A DNA stretch of 64,000 bases from contig JAGYLJ010000001.1 in assembly GCA_018401295.1 (NCBI GenBank), positions 27,901 through 91,900 on the forward strand, written 5' to 3'. This document shows positions 48,311 to 57,062 of the stretch, piece after piece. Both the position numbers and the translations under genes were made by a program. The notes under the pieces are model-generated. The model was not told the origin of the DNA, made no database searches, and was given only the letters and a program-made list of their open reading frames with translations. This stretch comes from a bacterium (lineage in GTDB: Bacteria > Patescibacteriota > Minisyncoccia > Phycocordibacterales > UBA12079). Numbering within the stretch: position 1 is the first letter of the stretch; each line of letters starts with the position of its first letter.

Positions 48311-51217
48311 ATGAAATTCAACGAACAATATACAATAGAAAACTACATAATTAAGTTTTTAGAAAAAGAGCTTGGTTTTGAATATATAAAACCGCAGGAT
48401 TTTGCAAAACTGCGGGAATTTGAGAATGAATATATTATTTCTTCTCTTTTACTTGATGCTATAAAAAAGATAAACAATATATCTGAAGAAGAAGCAAAAT
48501 CTGTTTTGAGAGAAGTTAAAAAAATAGATAACAATGAAGATTTTCTTAAAGCTTTTCGCAACGGAATAAATCTTAAAGATTCTGAAACTGGAAAAATGCG
48601 AGATTATTTTATTGTTGACTTTGATAATTTAGAAAACAATCAGTTTGTAGTTACGAATCAATTTTATTTTGAAGGTAATTCTGAAAATATAAGAACTGAT
48701 GTTTTGGTTTTTTTGAACGGTTTGCCCGTTGTTAATATAGAAGCAAAAAGTCCAACGGCTTCAAGTAATGTAAATTATGCAAATGCAGTTGGACAGATTA
48801 AAAGATATGAAAGGAATGCTTTTAAACTTTTCTGGCCGAATTGTTTTAATATTGCAACTGATGGATTAGAAACTGTTTACGGTGCTACTTATTCTCCCGT
48901 TCAATATTTTTTGAGGTGGAAAGAGGAGGAGAAAAACAAAAAATATGATGATGAACTCGAGAATACTTTGTTTGCTTTATTAGAGCAAGAAAGATTATTG
49001 GATATAATTAGAAACTTTATTTTATTTGAAAAAGAAAAAGAGCAAACTATTAAAAAAATTGCCCGTTATCAACAACTTCGAGCAACAAATAAGATTATAG
49101 AAAGAGTTAAAGATGGAAATACAAAACGAGGACTTATTTGGCACACTCAAGGATCAGGAAAATCCTTGACGATGTTTTTCACTGCTTGGAAATTGAGATT
49201 TAATAAAGAATTAAAAAATCCTAAGATATTTATCTTAGTTGATAGAATTGATCTTGATGATCAAATTTATGAAACTTTTATAAATTGTGGCGGTGAAAAT
49301 GTCGTTAGGGTAAATTCTCGTCTTGACCTCGAGAAAAAAATAAAATCATCAGAGAGAGGTATCTTCATTTCAACTATTCAGAAATTTTCTGAATTAGGAA
49401 ATGATGTAAAAAATCTTGATGAAAATATAATTGTGCTTTCGGATGAAGCTCATCGAGATAATGAAGGAATTTCGGCTATTAATCTTCGCGACTCAATGGA
49501 GAATGCCTTTTTTTTCGGGTTTACAGGAACACCGATTGATAGGATTACCTTAAACACTCATAGAAATTTTGGAGCAGAAGGAGAAAGATATCTTGATTAT
49601 TATTCAATTAAACAAGCGATTGATGACGGAACAACTCTACCTGTTACCTATGAGGCGAGATTGTCAAAGTTTTTTATTGATGAAGAAAAATTGGATAAAC
49701 AATTTGAGGAATTAACTAGAGATTTATCTAGTAAAGAAAAGGAATCAATCTCTAAAAAGTACGGAAAGAAAGAAGCTATTGTAAAACTTGATAGAAGAAT
49801 GCAAGCCGTGGCTCAGGATATTGTTGAACATTATAAATTATATGTTGAACCAGCTGGATTTAAAGCTCAGGTTGTTTGTTATGACAGAGAGGCTACAGCC
49901 AAGTATAAAGAACTATTAGACCAACTCGTACCTAAAGAGTGGTCGGCGGTTATTTATTCTGCTGGTGATCCAAATACAAGTCCCGAAGATTTACAAAAAT
50001 ATAACACTACTAAAGCAAAGAGAGAAAAATTAATAAATGAATTTAAAGATCCAAATAGCCCATTAAAGTTTTTGTTGGTGTGCGATATGCTTTTAACTGG
50101 TTTTGATGCTCCAATTGAACAAGTGATGTATTTAGACAAACCACTTTGGGATCACAATCTTTTGCAAGCTATTGCCCGAACAAATAGAATCTATCCAAAC
50201 AAAGGAGCAGGGAAAATTATTGATTACTATGGAATCACAAAAAGTTTGCATTTAGCTTTAAAATTTGATGAAAGTGAAATTGATTCAGTAATGATAAATA
50301 TCGACAAACTTAAAGAAGAATTTAAGGATGTCCTTGATGAGATTATGGATATTTTTGTAAATGTAAATATCGAAGATCCTTCAATTGAGAATCTTCGTCG
50401 TTGTTTGAAAATTTTTGCTGAAAATAATGAGAAGCAAAAATTCTTCCGTGAAAAATATGGTAGGTTGAAACTTTTATTTGAAGTTTTATCCCCTGACCCT
50501 TTTCTTAAAGGATTTGTGAGAAAATTTGAATGGTTAACTAGTGTTTATATTGCTTTCAGTAAGGAGTTTGGAGAAAGTGCTTATGATTCAGAAGTTCTAG
50601 CAGAATATGGAGAAAAAGTTAAACAACTAATTCAGGATAGAGTTGACTATGAAGGAATAACAAAGAACTTTAGAGAATTAAATATAAATGATTTATACGT
50701 AATGGAGAGACTCAATAAAATGGATGATGAAGAAAAAGCATTGAATTTAGAAAAAATGTTAAAACAAGAAATTTCTTTAAACATTGATACAAATCCAGCT
50801 TATAAAAAGTTTAGTGAGAGATTGTCTGCCATTAGAAAAGAGTTTGAAAAAAATCAGATTGATTTATCTGAAAGAATTAAACGATATCAAAAATTACTTG
50901 GGGATATAAAAAAGAAAGGTGATGAAGCTAAAGAACTTGGATATTCTCTCAAAGAATATGGTCTTTTCGTTATGTCTGAAGAGTTTATTAAGGGGGATAA
51001 AAATATAATAAGAGAATTTATTCAAGATATGTCTAAAAGAATTGAGAATGTTCTTGACGAAGGTTGGCAGGAATCTTCAAAACGAGATGAATTTTTGAAA
51101 GAAGTTAAAAGAATTATTCAAGAATTAGTTCTAAAAGAATATAGAGAACAAGTTGAGGTTTTGGACTTTCATAAGTATTTAAATCGTTTAGTTGATTTAG
51201 TAATTAAAAAGTTTTAA
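48311..51217 (+). CDS. hsdR: Type I R-M restriction subunit
   Basis: RTD...NGLP..IEAK nuclease, HTQGSGKS, DEAHR, FTGTP, LLTGFDAP and QAIARTNR motifs. Confidence 0.95.
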   Translation: MKFNEQYTIENYIIKFLEKELGFEYIKPQDFAKLREFENEYIISSLLLDAIKKINNISEEEAKSVLREVKKIDNNEDFLKAFRNGINLKDSETGKMRDYFIVDFDNLENNQFVVTNQFYFEGNSENIRTDVLVFLNGLPVVNIEAKSPTASSNVNYANAVGQIKRYERNAFKLFWPNCFNIATDGLETVYGATYSPVQYFLRWKEEEKNKKYDDELENTLFALLEQERLLDIIRNFILFEKEKEQTIKKIARYQQLRATNKIIERVKDGNTKRGLIWHTQGSGKSLTMFFTAWKLRFNKELKNPKIFILVDRIDLDDQIYETFINCGGENVVRVNSRLDLEKKIKSSERGIFISTIQKFSELGNDVKNLDENIIVLSDEAHRDNEGISAINLRDSMENAFFFGFTGTPIDRITLNTHRNFGAEGERYLDYYSIKQAIDDGTTLPVTYEARLSKFFIDEEKLDKQFEELTRDLSSKEKESISKKYGKKEAIVKLDRRMQAVAQDIVEHYKLYVEPAGFKAQVVCYDREATAKYKELLDQLVPKEWSAVIYSAGDPNTSPEDLQKYNTTKAKREKLINEFKDPNSPLKFLLVCDMLLTGFDAPIEQVMYLDKPLWDHNLLQAIARTNRIYPNKGAGKIIDYYGITKSLHLALKFDESEIDSVMINIDKLKEEFKDVLDEIMDIFVNVNIEDPSIENLRRCLKIFAENNEKQKFFREKYGRLKLLFEVLSPDPFLKGFVRKFEWLTSVYIAFSKEFGESAYDSEVLAEYGEKVKQLIQDRVDYEGITKNFRELNINDLYVMERLNKMDDEEKALNLEKMLKQEISLNIDTNPAYKKFSERLSAIRKEFEKNQIDLSERIKRYQKLLGDIKKKGDEAKELGYSLKEYGLFVMSEEFIKGDKNIIREFIQDMSKRIENVLDEGWQESSKRDEFLKEVKRIIQELVLKEYREQVEVLDFHKYLNRLVDLVIKKF

Positions 51218-51219
51218 AA

Positions 51220-51792
51220 ATGGAGAAAAAAATAACTCTAAAAAATAAAAAAATATCCTATACTCTCAAAAAAAGTAAAAGGGCGAGAAGAATGAGATTG
51301 GCTGTTTATTGTGATGGTGCAGTAGTGGTGACAACACCTTTTGATTTAAAAGAGAATATCGTTGAAAGATTTTTGAGAGAAAAATCTCAATGGGTGTTTT
51401 CAAAATTAGATTTTTTTAAACAATTTGAAGATAAATCTATTACTAAATATAGTCATGAAGATTATTTAAAATTTAAAAAAGATGCTTATATTTTAGCGGA
51501 AAATAGATTGGAATACTTTAATAAAACATATAAACTTAAGTACAATAAGATAAGTATAAAAAATCAAAAAACCCGTTGGGGCAGTTGTTCTAAAAAAGGT
51601 AATTTAAATTTTAATTATAAAATTGTTTTACTTCCAAAAAATCTCGCTGATTATATTATTGTGCATGAGTTATGCCATCTAAAAGAATTCAATCATTCAA
51701 AAAAGTTTTGGAATTTGGTTTCAAAAGTGATGTCAGATTATTTAGATATTCGGAAAAATCTTAAAAAAAACGGTTATCAATTTTATAAATAA
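51220..51792 (+). CDS. YgjP/DUF45 (M48-like) metallopeptidase-domain protein
   Basis: RWGSCS, YIIVHELCHL and NHS..FW motifs; usual position after hsdR. Confidence 0.88.
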   Translation: MEKKITLKNKKISYTLKKSKRARRMRLAVYCDGAVVVTTPFDLKENIVERFLREKSQWVFSKLDFFKQFEDKSITKYSHEDYLKFKKDAYILAENRLEYFNKTYKLKYNKISIKNQKTRWGSCSKKGNLNFNYKIVLLPKNLADYIIVHELCHLKEFNHSKKFWNLVSKVMSDYLDIRKNLKKNGYQFYK

Positions 51793-51797
51793 AAACT

Positions 51798-52556
51798 ATG
51801 TCAGAATATTATAAATCACAGAGAAAAGATGCGTATAATTACGGGGGGAAGCAGTGGAAACTGAGTCGTTCTAAGATAGATTTGTTTCGGCAATGTCCTC
51901 GTTGTTTTTATATTGATAATAAACTGGGGACGAAGAGACCTCCAGGTTTTCCTTTTGCTATAAACAGTGCTGTCGATACTCTACTTAAAAAAGAATTTGA
52001 TATACATAGAGCAAAAGAAGAACAACATCCTTTGCAGAAACAATATGGTGTAGATGCTAGACCAGTAGCTCATGAGGAGTTGGATATTTGGAGGGAGAAT
52101 TTTAAAGGTGTTCGTTATGAAGATAAAAAAACTGGTTTTGTAATCACAGGGGCTATTGATGATCTTTGGATAAATAGTAAGGGAGAATATATTGTTGTCG
52201 ATTATAAAGCGACAGCTAAAGATGAGCCAGTTGTAGAATTAAATAAGGAATGGCAAGACGGATATAAAAGACAAATGGAAATTTATCAGTGGTTGTTGAG
52301 AAAAAATGGGTTGAAAGTTTCTAATACAGGATATTTTGTTTACTGCACAGGGAAGTTAGATCGGAAAGCTTTTGACGGAAAGATTGATTTTGATGTGAAT
52401 TTGATTGCCTATGAAGGGAATGATAGTTGGGTGGAAGGTATAATTAGGGAAATTAAAAAATGTTTAGATAGTGAAAAAATTCCAGAGTCAGGAAAAGACT
52501 GTGATTATTGTGATTATTTTAATACCAGGTTGGGTCATGAGAAAAATAAACTATGA
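51798..52556 (+). CDS. PD-(D/E)XK RecB/Cas4-like nuclease
   Basis: LSRS.I..F..CPRCFY, GAIDD, VDYK, Q..IY and C..C motifs. Confidence 0.85.
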   Translation: MSEYYKSQRKDAYNYGGKQWKLSRSKIDLFRQCPRCFYIDNKLGTKRPPGFPFAINSAVDTLLKKEFDIHRAKEEQHPLQKQYGVDARPVAHEELDIWRENFKGVRYEDKKTGFVITGAIDDLWINSKGEYIVVDYKATAKDEPVVELNKEWQDGYKRQMEIYQWLLRKNGLKVSNTGYFVYCTGKLDRKAFDGKIDFDVNLIAYEGNDSWVEGIIREIKKCLDSEKIPESGKDCDYCDYFNTRLGHEKNKL

Positions 52557-53287
52557 AAAAGGATTATAAAGTAAAAATTGATGATAATTATCACTCTATG
52601 GATGGAAGTAGAATAATGTCAGATAGATCTTATGTTACTCTTGAGGAAGCGATTGAAAGGTGTAAAGAGCTTACAATAAGAAGTTTAGGAGAGATGTATG
52701 AAAAGGGAATATCTCCAGAAAAACTTTCGGCTCAGTGGGCAATGTTTGGAGATGATCCATTTATAATGGGAGTAGAGGGGAAAGTACCTTTTTCTGCAAG
52801 AGTTTTTATTAATAGAACTATTTGTGAGAAGGTAATTAAAGATATGGAAATAAAAGAAGAAAATAGAAAAAATATGTTTGAAAAATCAGTTGAGATAGCT
52901 ACGAAAGCTCATGCTGGTCAGGTTGATAAAGCTGGAGCTGAATATATTCAGCATCCTATTCGGCTTGCAGAGAAAGTGGAATCGTTAGAAGAGAAAACTG
53001 TCGCTATGTTGCATGATGTTGTTGAAGATAGTGATTATTCTTTTGAAGATTTGAAAAAAGAAGGTTTTAGCCAAGAAATAATTGATGCTGTTGAGTGTTT
53101 AACGAAAAGAGAGGGAGAAGAATATTTTAGTTTTATTAAACGAGTTAAACGAAATCATTTAGCTACAGCAGTAAAAATTGCAGATTTAAAGGATAATTCA
53201 AATCTTGAAAGGATACCTAATCCAACACAGGTGGATATAGATAGAGTTGAGAAGTATAAAAAAGCTTTGGTTTATCTTGAAGATTAA
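52553..53287 (+). CDS. HD-domain (p)ppGpp hydrolase-like protein with extra N-terminal domain
   Basis: AH.GQ.DK.G..YI.HP, LHDVVED and VKIADL.DN motifs from about aa 108. Confidence 0.8.
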   Translation: MKKDYKVKIDDNYHSMDGSRIMSDRSYVTLEEAIERCKELTIRSLGEMYEKGISPEKLSAQWAMFGDDPFIMGVEGKVPFSARVFINRTICEKVIKDMEIKEENRKNMFEKSVEIATKAHAGQVDKAGAEYIQHPIRLAEKVESLEEKTVAMLHDVVEDSDYSFEDLKKEGFSQEIIDAVECLTKREGEEYFSFIKRVKRNHLATAVKIADLKDNSNLERIPNPTQVDIDRVEKYKKALVYLED

Positions 53288-53346
53288 AAAGATTTAAAAA
53301 TAATTTTGATTGTATAAAATAAATTGATTTTTTTTGAGGAGGTGAC

Positions 53347-53370
53347 TGAAAATTTGTGAAGAAATTTTCA
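53347..53370. repeat. REP-like mini-hairpin
   Basis: tgaaaattt-gtgaag-aaattttca; related to 57804-57824 and about 41250-41263. Confidence 0.45.
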
Positions 53371-53437
53371 AGATTAGAAATCTATCTACCAGAAGGCGGG
53401 TTTTAGATATTAAATTATTAATTAATTAAAAAATATT

Positions 53438-54301
53438 ATGAAAGTTCAAAACATAAAAGATAAACTAACAAGAAAAAACATTTTTATTGTTTGTCTATTA
53501 CTTTTTCTTATCTTTGTCTTTTCAAAATTTGTTATTAATTTTGATAGCAATACCTCGATTAATTATAGTGAGCTTAGCAAAAATAAAACTATAAATAAAA
53601 ATCTAACTTATGATTTAGCACAATACGAATTTAACACATATAAAGGAGACTTTGTTGAATGGGGAGGAAGAGTTTTTATAGAACCTGATTACGACAGTAA
53701 AGGGGTTTATTTACAAATTTTTTATAAAGATATATCGGAAAAACCTTTTATTGTTTTTTTAAATAATCCTAGCTTTAAAATCAAAGATGGTGATTATGTA
53801 ATTATAAAAGGTTGGGTTATAGATATTTATGAAGGTAAAAACCTTTTAGGCGGGATAATCAATGGTATAAATATTTTAGCTGATTCTATAGATATAACTA
53901 AAAGATCTAACGCTATTGCTCCAGCAGAAAAAACTTTAACAATTAACGAAACTAAAACACAAAATAATTTTTCAGTTACTGTTGAAAAGGTAGAAATAGC
54001 AAAAGAAGAAACGAGAATTTATTTAAGTGTTAAAAATTCTAGCCAAGACAAAGTAAGTTTTTATACTTATGACTCTAAGATAGTTCAAGGTGACAAACAA
54101 ATAGAGATTAAAAATATATTTGAGAATGAAGAAGAATTACCAAACGAATTTTTACCTAATGTAGAGATGGAGGGGGTTATTATATTTTCACCAATAGATT
54201 ATACTAAGAAATCTTTAATACTTTATTTAGATACACCATATTCTCGTGATTTTCGTCTTGATTTTGAAGAATTCATTTTTGATATTAATTTATTTAATTA
54301 A
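53438..54301 (+). CDS. Membrane-anchored protein with OB-fold-like and Ig-like (DUF4352-like) domains
   Basis: TM anchor; YKG..V...G.V, GDYV.IKG and V.VEKVE...L.VKN...P....EG.I.F patterns. Confidence 0.6.
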   Translation: MKVQNIKDKLTRKNIFIVCLLLFLIFVFSKFVINFDSNTSINYSELSKNKTINKNLTYDLAQYEFNTYKGDFVEWGGRVFIEPDYDSKGVYLQIFYKDISEKPFIVFLNNPSFKIKDGDYVIIKGWVIDIYEGKNLLGGIINGINILADSIDITKRSNAIAPAEKTLTINETKTQNNFSVTVEKVEIAKEETRIYLSVKNSSQDKVSFYTYDSKIVQGDKQIEIKNIFENEEELPNEFLPNVEMEGVIIFSPIDYTKKSLILYLDTPYSRDFRLDFEEFIFDINLFN

Positions 54302-54306
54302 AAATT

Positions 54307-55161
54307 ATGAATAAACAAAAGGTAAAAAATATTTTGATTTTGTTTGTTGGTTTTTTGGGTGGGGTGTTATTTTTGTTTGCTATTGGATTAAATGATTTCC
54401 AAGTAGTTCAAAATACTCAAACAGCCCTTGTTGTTGAATCACAAAAAGAAAATATAGAGGTTAAACCTACACAAATTGAGAAAAATAATAATGAGGAAAA
54501 TCTTGAAATTTTTTATCCTGTTGTAAAAGTTGTTGATGGGGATACTGTGACTTTAAACATTGATGGTCAAAAACAAACTCTTCGTCTAATTGGAATAGAC
54601 ACTCCAGAAACTGTTGATCCAAGAAAACCAGTGCAGTGTTTTGGAGTAGAAGCGTCAAATAAAGCTAAAGAAATTTTAATAGGACAGAAAGTAAGAATAG
54701 AAAAAGATTCAAGTCAGGGCGAATTAGATAAATATGGAAGATTACTTGCTTATGTTTTTCTAAAAGACGGAACTAACTTTAATAAAATGATGATAGACCA
54801 AGGTTATGCTTATGAGTATACTTATGATTTACCATATAAATATCAAACAGAATTTAAGTTGGCAGAAGATACAGCAAGAATAGAGAAAAGGGGATTGTGG
54901 GCTGAAGATACTTGCAACGGAGATGCCACCAAAGCTCAAGAAATACCTGTTGTAGAACAAAATGATCCTATAACGCCATCTAACTCAACAACCATTTCAA
55001 AACCGATTAAAAGTGATTGTAGTAGTAATGTATATAATTGCACTGATTTTAAAACTCATACTGAGGCACAAGCCACTTATGATTATTGTGGCGGTGTAAA
55101 TAATGACATTCATAGGTTAGATAATGATAAAGATGGAGAAGCTTGTGAAAGTTTACCTTAA
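54307..55161 (+). CDS. Membrane-anchored thermonuclease (SNase) with C-terminal Excalibur-like Ca-binding domain
   Basis: VVDGDT, RLIGIDTPE, DKYGRLLAYV, RGLW; NCTDF...RLDNDKDGEACE. Confidence 0.9.
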   Translation: MNKQKVKNILILFVGFLGGVLFLFAIGLNDFQVVQNTQTALVVESQKENIEVKPTQIEKNNNEENLEIFYPVVKVVDGDTVTLNIDGQKQTLRLIGIDTPETVDPRKPVQCFGVEASNKAKEILIGQKVRIEKDSSQGELDKYGRLLAYVFLKDGTNFNKMMIDQGYAYEYTYDLPYKYQTEFKLAEDTARIEKRGLWAEDTCNGDATKAQEIPVVEQNDPITPSNSTTISKPIKSDCSSNVYNCTDFKTHTEAQATYDYCGGVNNDIHRLDNDKDGEACESLP

Positions 55162-55245
55162 AATAAGATGTTTTTTCGGTGAATTTTTGAAATTCATAAA
55201 TTAAATCTAACCCAAAGTCTTAATAGTATTAAAGAGATAAATGTT

Positions 55246-56205
55246 TTATTTGGTAGAGTGTTGTTTACTAGCCCCTTCTTCTGGGTTACTAGATTCTGTT
55301 CCTGAAGCTGGAGGGATTGAGTCTGATAAATCTTCTTGGATATTATTAATCTCTTTTTTATTTATATCACCAATTTCTTTAACTGTAGCCTTTTTAACTT
55401 TATAGATAGGGGTTGCAATTTTAAGAAAAATTTCCATTGTATACATATGAAATTTGACACCGTGTTCAGAAATTTCTTTTATTAATTCTGGTTTTGGTCC
55501 GATTGTTTTTTTATTTATTTTTAACCACCAATCTTCTTTATTGTCGTTTGTTACAAAAATAATAGGTTTTTTGTCCTCTAATGTTTTAACCATTTCCATT
55601 ATTTGATACCACCCTATCCAGTCACCGTACGGGTAGTTTTTTTTGATATCTTTATATCCAGGTGGTATCTCTTTTGAGATTCTTGCGCTCCCTTTATTTT
55701 CAATAGACTGGATATCTTCACAAGGGGATCCCACTTTACCCTTAAAAAGGCTATCTATTTTATTTCTTATTGGATCGCTATTAAACCAATCAGGATGTTT
55801 TTTTTCTGTTTTTTCTATTTCCTTTATAACTATTTCTATTGATTTTGAAATTTTACTTAATAAATTATCTATATTTAAAAAAGGGTGTTGCTGTTGATCT
55901 TTTTTGATTTCATTTGAAATTGAAGCAAATCCCCTAGATAATTTTTCTGAAGTATTTTTGTAAAAAATCGATTGATCCTCAATGATTTTAAGTCTTTTTC
56001 TTTGGTATTCTAACGCAAATTGATGAGGTAACCATATTCTATTTCCCATTTTTTCAAGTATATTTAAAAACTCGTTTCGAGTTTCTGTCGAATACTTATA
56101 TAAGTTTAAAAGTATATTTGCATCAAATATAAAAATAGCATCTTTCCATAGTTTGTTTTTTTCAGTAGTACTTAATGAATAATATTCTTTGAAAGTTTTT
56201 TTCAT
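55246..56205 (-). CDS. PIN-like domain protein (DUF4935-type)
   Basis: FDANILLNLY, W.PHQ...EY, PPGYKD..K...GD...W.Q and FVTNDNKEDWW motifs. Confidence 0.85.
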   Translation of the reverse strand: MKKTFKEYYSLSTTEKNKLWKDAIFIFDANILLNLYKYSTETRNEFLNILEKMGNRIWLPHQFALEYQRKRLKIIEDQSIFYKNTSEKLSRGFASISNEIKKDQQQHPFLNIDNLLSKISKSIEIVIKEIEKTEKKHPDWFNSDPIRNKIDSLFKGKVGSPCEDIQSIENKGSARISKEIPPGYKDIKKNYPYGDWIGWYQIMEMVKTLEDKKPIIFVTNDNKEDWWLKINKKTIGPKPELIKEISEHGVKFHMYTMEIFLKIATPIYKVKKATVKEIGDINKKEINNIQEDLSDSIPPASGTESSNPEEGASKQHSTK

Positions 56206-56211
56206 GTTATT

Positions 56212-56481
56212 TTATAGACGGACATTAATCCATGTCCAAATATCTCGATGCATCCATCCTTGATGAGCTCCGTTTACTATTTGTGTTATGAAAATTCTAT
56301 CATTAATATCTAAGTGAACTCTAAGATTTTCATATATTTGACCAGAAGTCCATGTTGTGGAAACAAACCAAACTGAGTCTAATCCATTATCTCTTATAAA
56401 GTCATAACGTCTTAATGCAGAATAAAGACTGTTGTAGTCTTTCCCTGTTTTATTAAGATCATAAGTAATTAAGTAAACCAT
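56212..56481 (-). CDS. Cas2/VapD-like small ferredoxin-fold protein
   Basis: YLITYDL....DY..L...L, SVW and D.NDRIF motifs. Confidence 0.7.
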   Translation of the reverse strand: MVYLITYDLNKTGKDYNSLYSALRRYDFIRDNGLDSVWFVSTTWTSGQIYENLRVHLDINDRIFITQIVNGAHQGWMHRDIWTWINVRL

Positions 56482-56513
56482 TTTTGAATTATATCATAAT
56501 TTACAAAACATAA

Positions 56514-56553
56514 GAAAACCGACCCGATCCCCAGACGGGGACGGGTCGGTTTC
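56514..56553 (-). terminator. Terminator downstream of tRNA-Asn
   Basis: aaaccgacccg...cgggtcggttt stem with a T run on the minus strand. Confidence 0.75.
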
Positions 56554-56567
56554 ACCAAAATTGTCTG

Positions 56568-56640
56568 CTCCGGCGGCAGGGCTCGAACCTGCGACAAAGC
56601 GATTAACAGTCGCTTGCTCTACCAACTGAGCTACGCCGGA
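56568..56640 (-). tRNA. tRNA-Asn (GTT), CCA not encoded
   Basis: TCCGGCG-TA-GCTC AGTTGGTA GAGC-A-AGCGA CTGTTAA TCGCT-TTGTC-GCAGG TTCGAGC CCTGC-CGCCGGA-G folds into a full cloverleaf. Confidence 0.97.
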
Positions 56641-56882
56641 ATGTTTTGTTTTATAAATTCTCTTCCTCTAAAACTTTTTAATTGCTTCTCTCTTTTTAAA
56701 GCTGAAGCTCTGTCTAAAAATTTTTCTTTATAAAAAACCTCCCAATTTCCAGAAAATTTTGATGTATAGCTTCTGACAAAAGTTTTCTTGTTATGCATCT
56801 GTAATCTTTCTCTTATATTCTGGGTTTGCCCTATATAAAAAACATTATTCTCTTTATTATATATAGCATAAACAATGTACAT
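56631..56882 (-). CDS. Small GIY-YIG endonuclease whose last codons and stop lie inside the tRNA
   Basis: YIVYAI...FYIGQT...ERL..HN...A..RE..LK motifs; ends ATT CCG GCG TAG. Confidence 0.9.
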   Translation of the reverse strand: MYIVYAIYNKENNVFYIGQTQNIRERLQMHNKKTFVRSYTSKFSGNWEVFYKEKFLDRASALKREKQLKSFRGREFIKQNIPA

Positions 56883-56914
56883 ATTTTATCTAAAATATAC
56901 CACAACATAATCTA

Positions 56915-56956
56915 TTGCTCTACCTCCGCCGGCTGGCGGATGAGCTACGCCGGAAT
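56915..56956 (-). repeat. Duplicate of the tRNA-Asn 5' end with a 16-bp palindrome in the D-loop
   Basis: ttgctctacc[tccgccggctggcgga]tgagctacgccggaat vs ttgctctacc[aac]tgagctacgccggaat at 56614-56642. Confidence 0.9.
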
Positions 56957-56965
56957 ACTTCTCGT

Positions 56966-56994
56966 ATTTTACACAAAAATTAAGCAGAAGTAAA
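56966..56994 (-). promoter_or_regulatory. Sigma70-type promoter upstream of the tRNA 5' fragment
   Basis: TTTACT-N17-TAAAAT, preceded by TGTG. Confidence 0.55.
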
Positions 56995-57062
56995 TATTAA
57001 ATTAATATTAAACCTGTGTATTTTCAATCTTGCAAAATTCTGTTTTGTGATATAATTAACCT

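Larger units (their letters stand above)
29997..56584. mobile_element. 26.6-kb integrative island at tRNA-Asn (satellite-like/defence island)
   Basis: Perfect 24-bp flanking repeat; contains recombinase, repressor, terminase-like and many defence-type genes but no core housekeeping genes. Confidence 0.85.

Noticed and set aside
51798..56481. CRISPR-Cas locus suggested by Cas4-like and Cas2-like genes
   Set aside because: No cas1, effector genes or repeat-spacer array seen; the two genes are about 3.7 kb apart on opposite strands.
56915..56956. Second tRNA gene or split/intron-containing tRNA
   Set aside because: Only the 5' acceptor strand and D-arm are present, and the downstream tRNA is already complete.
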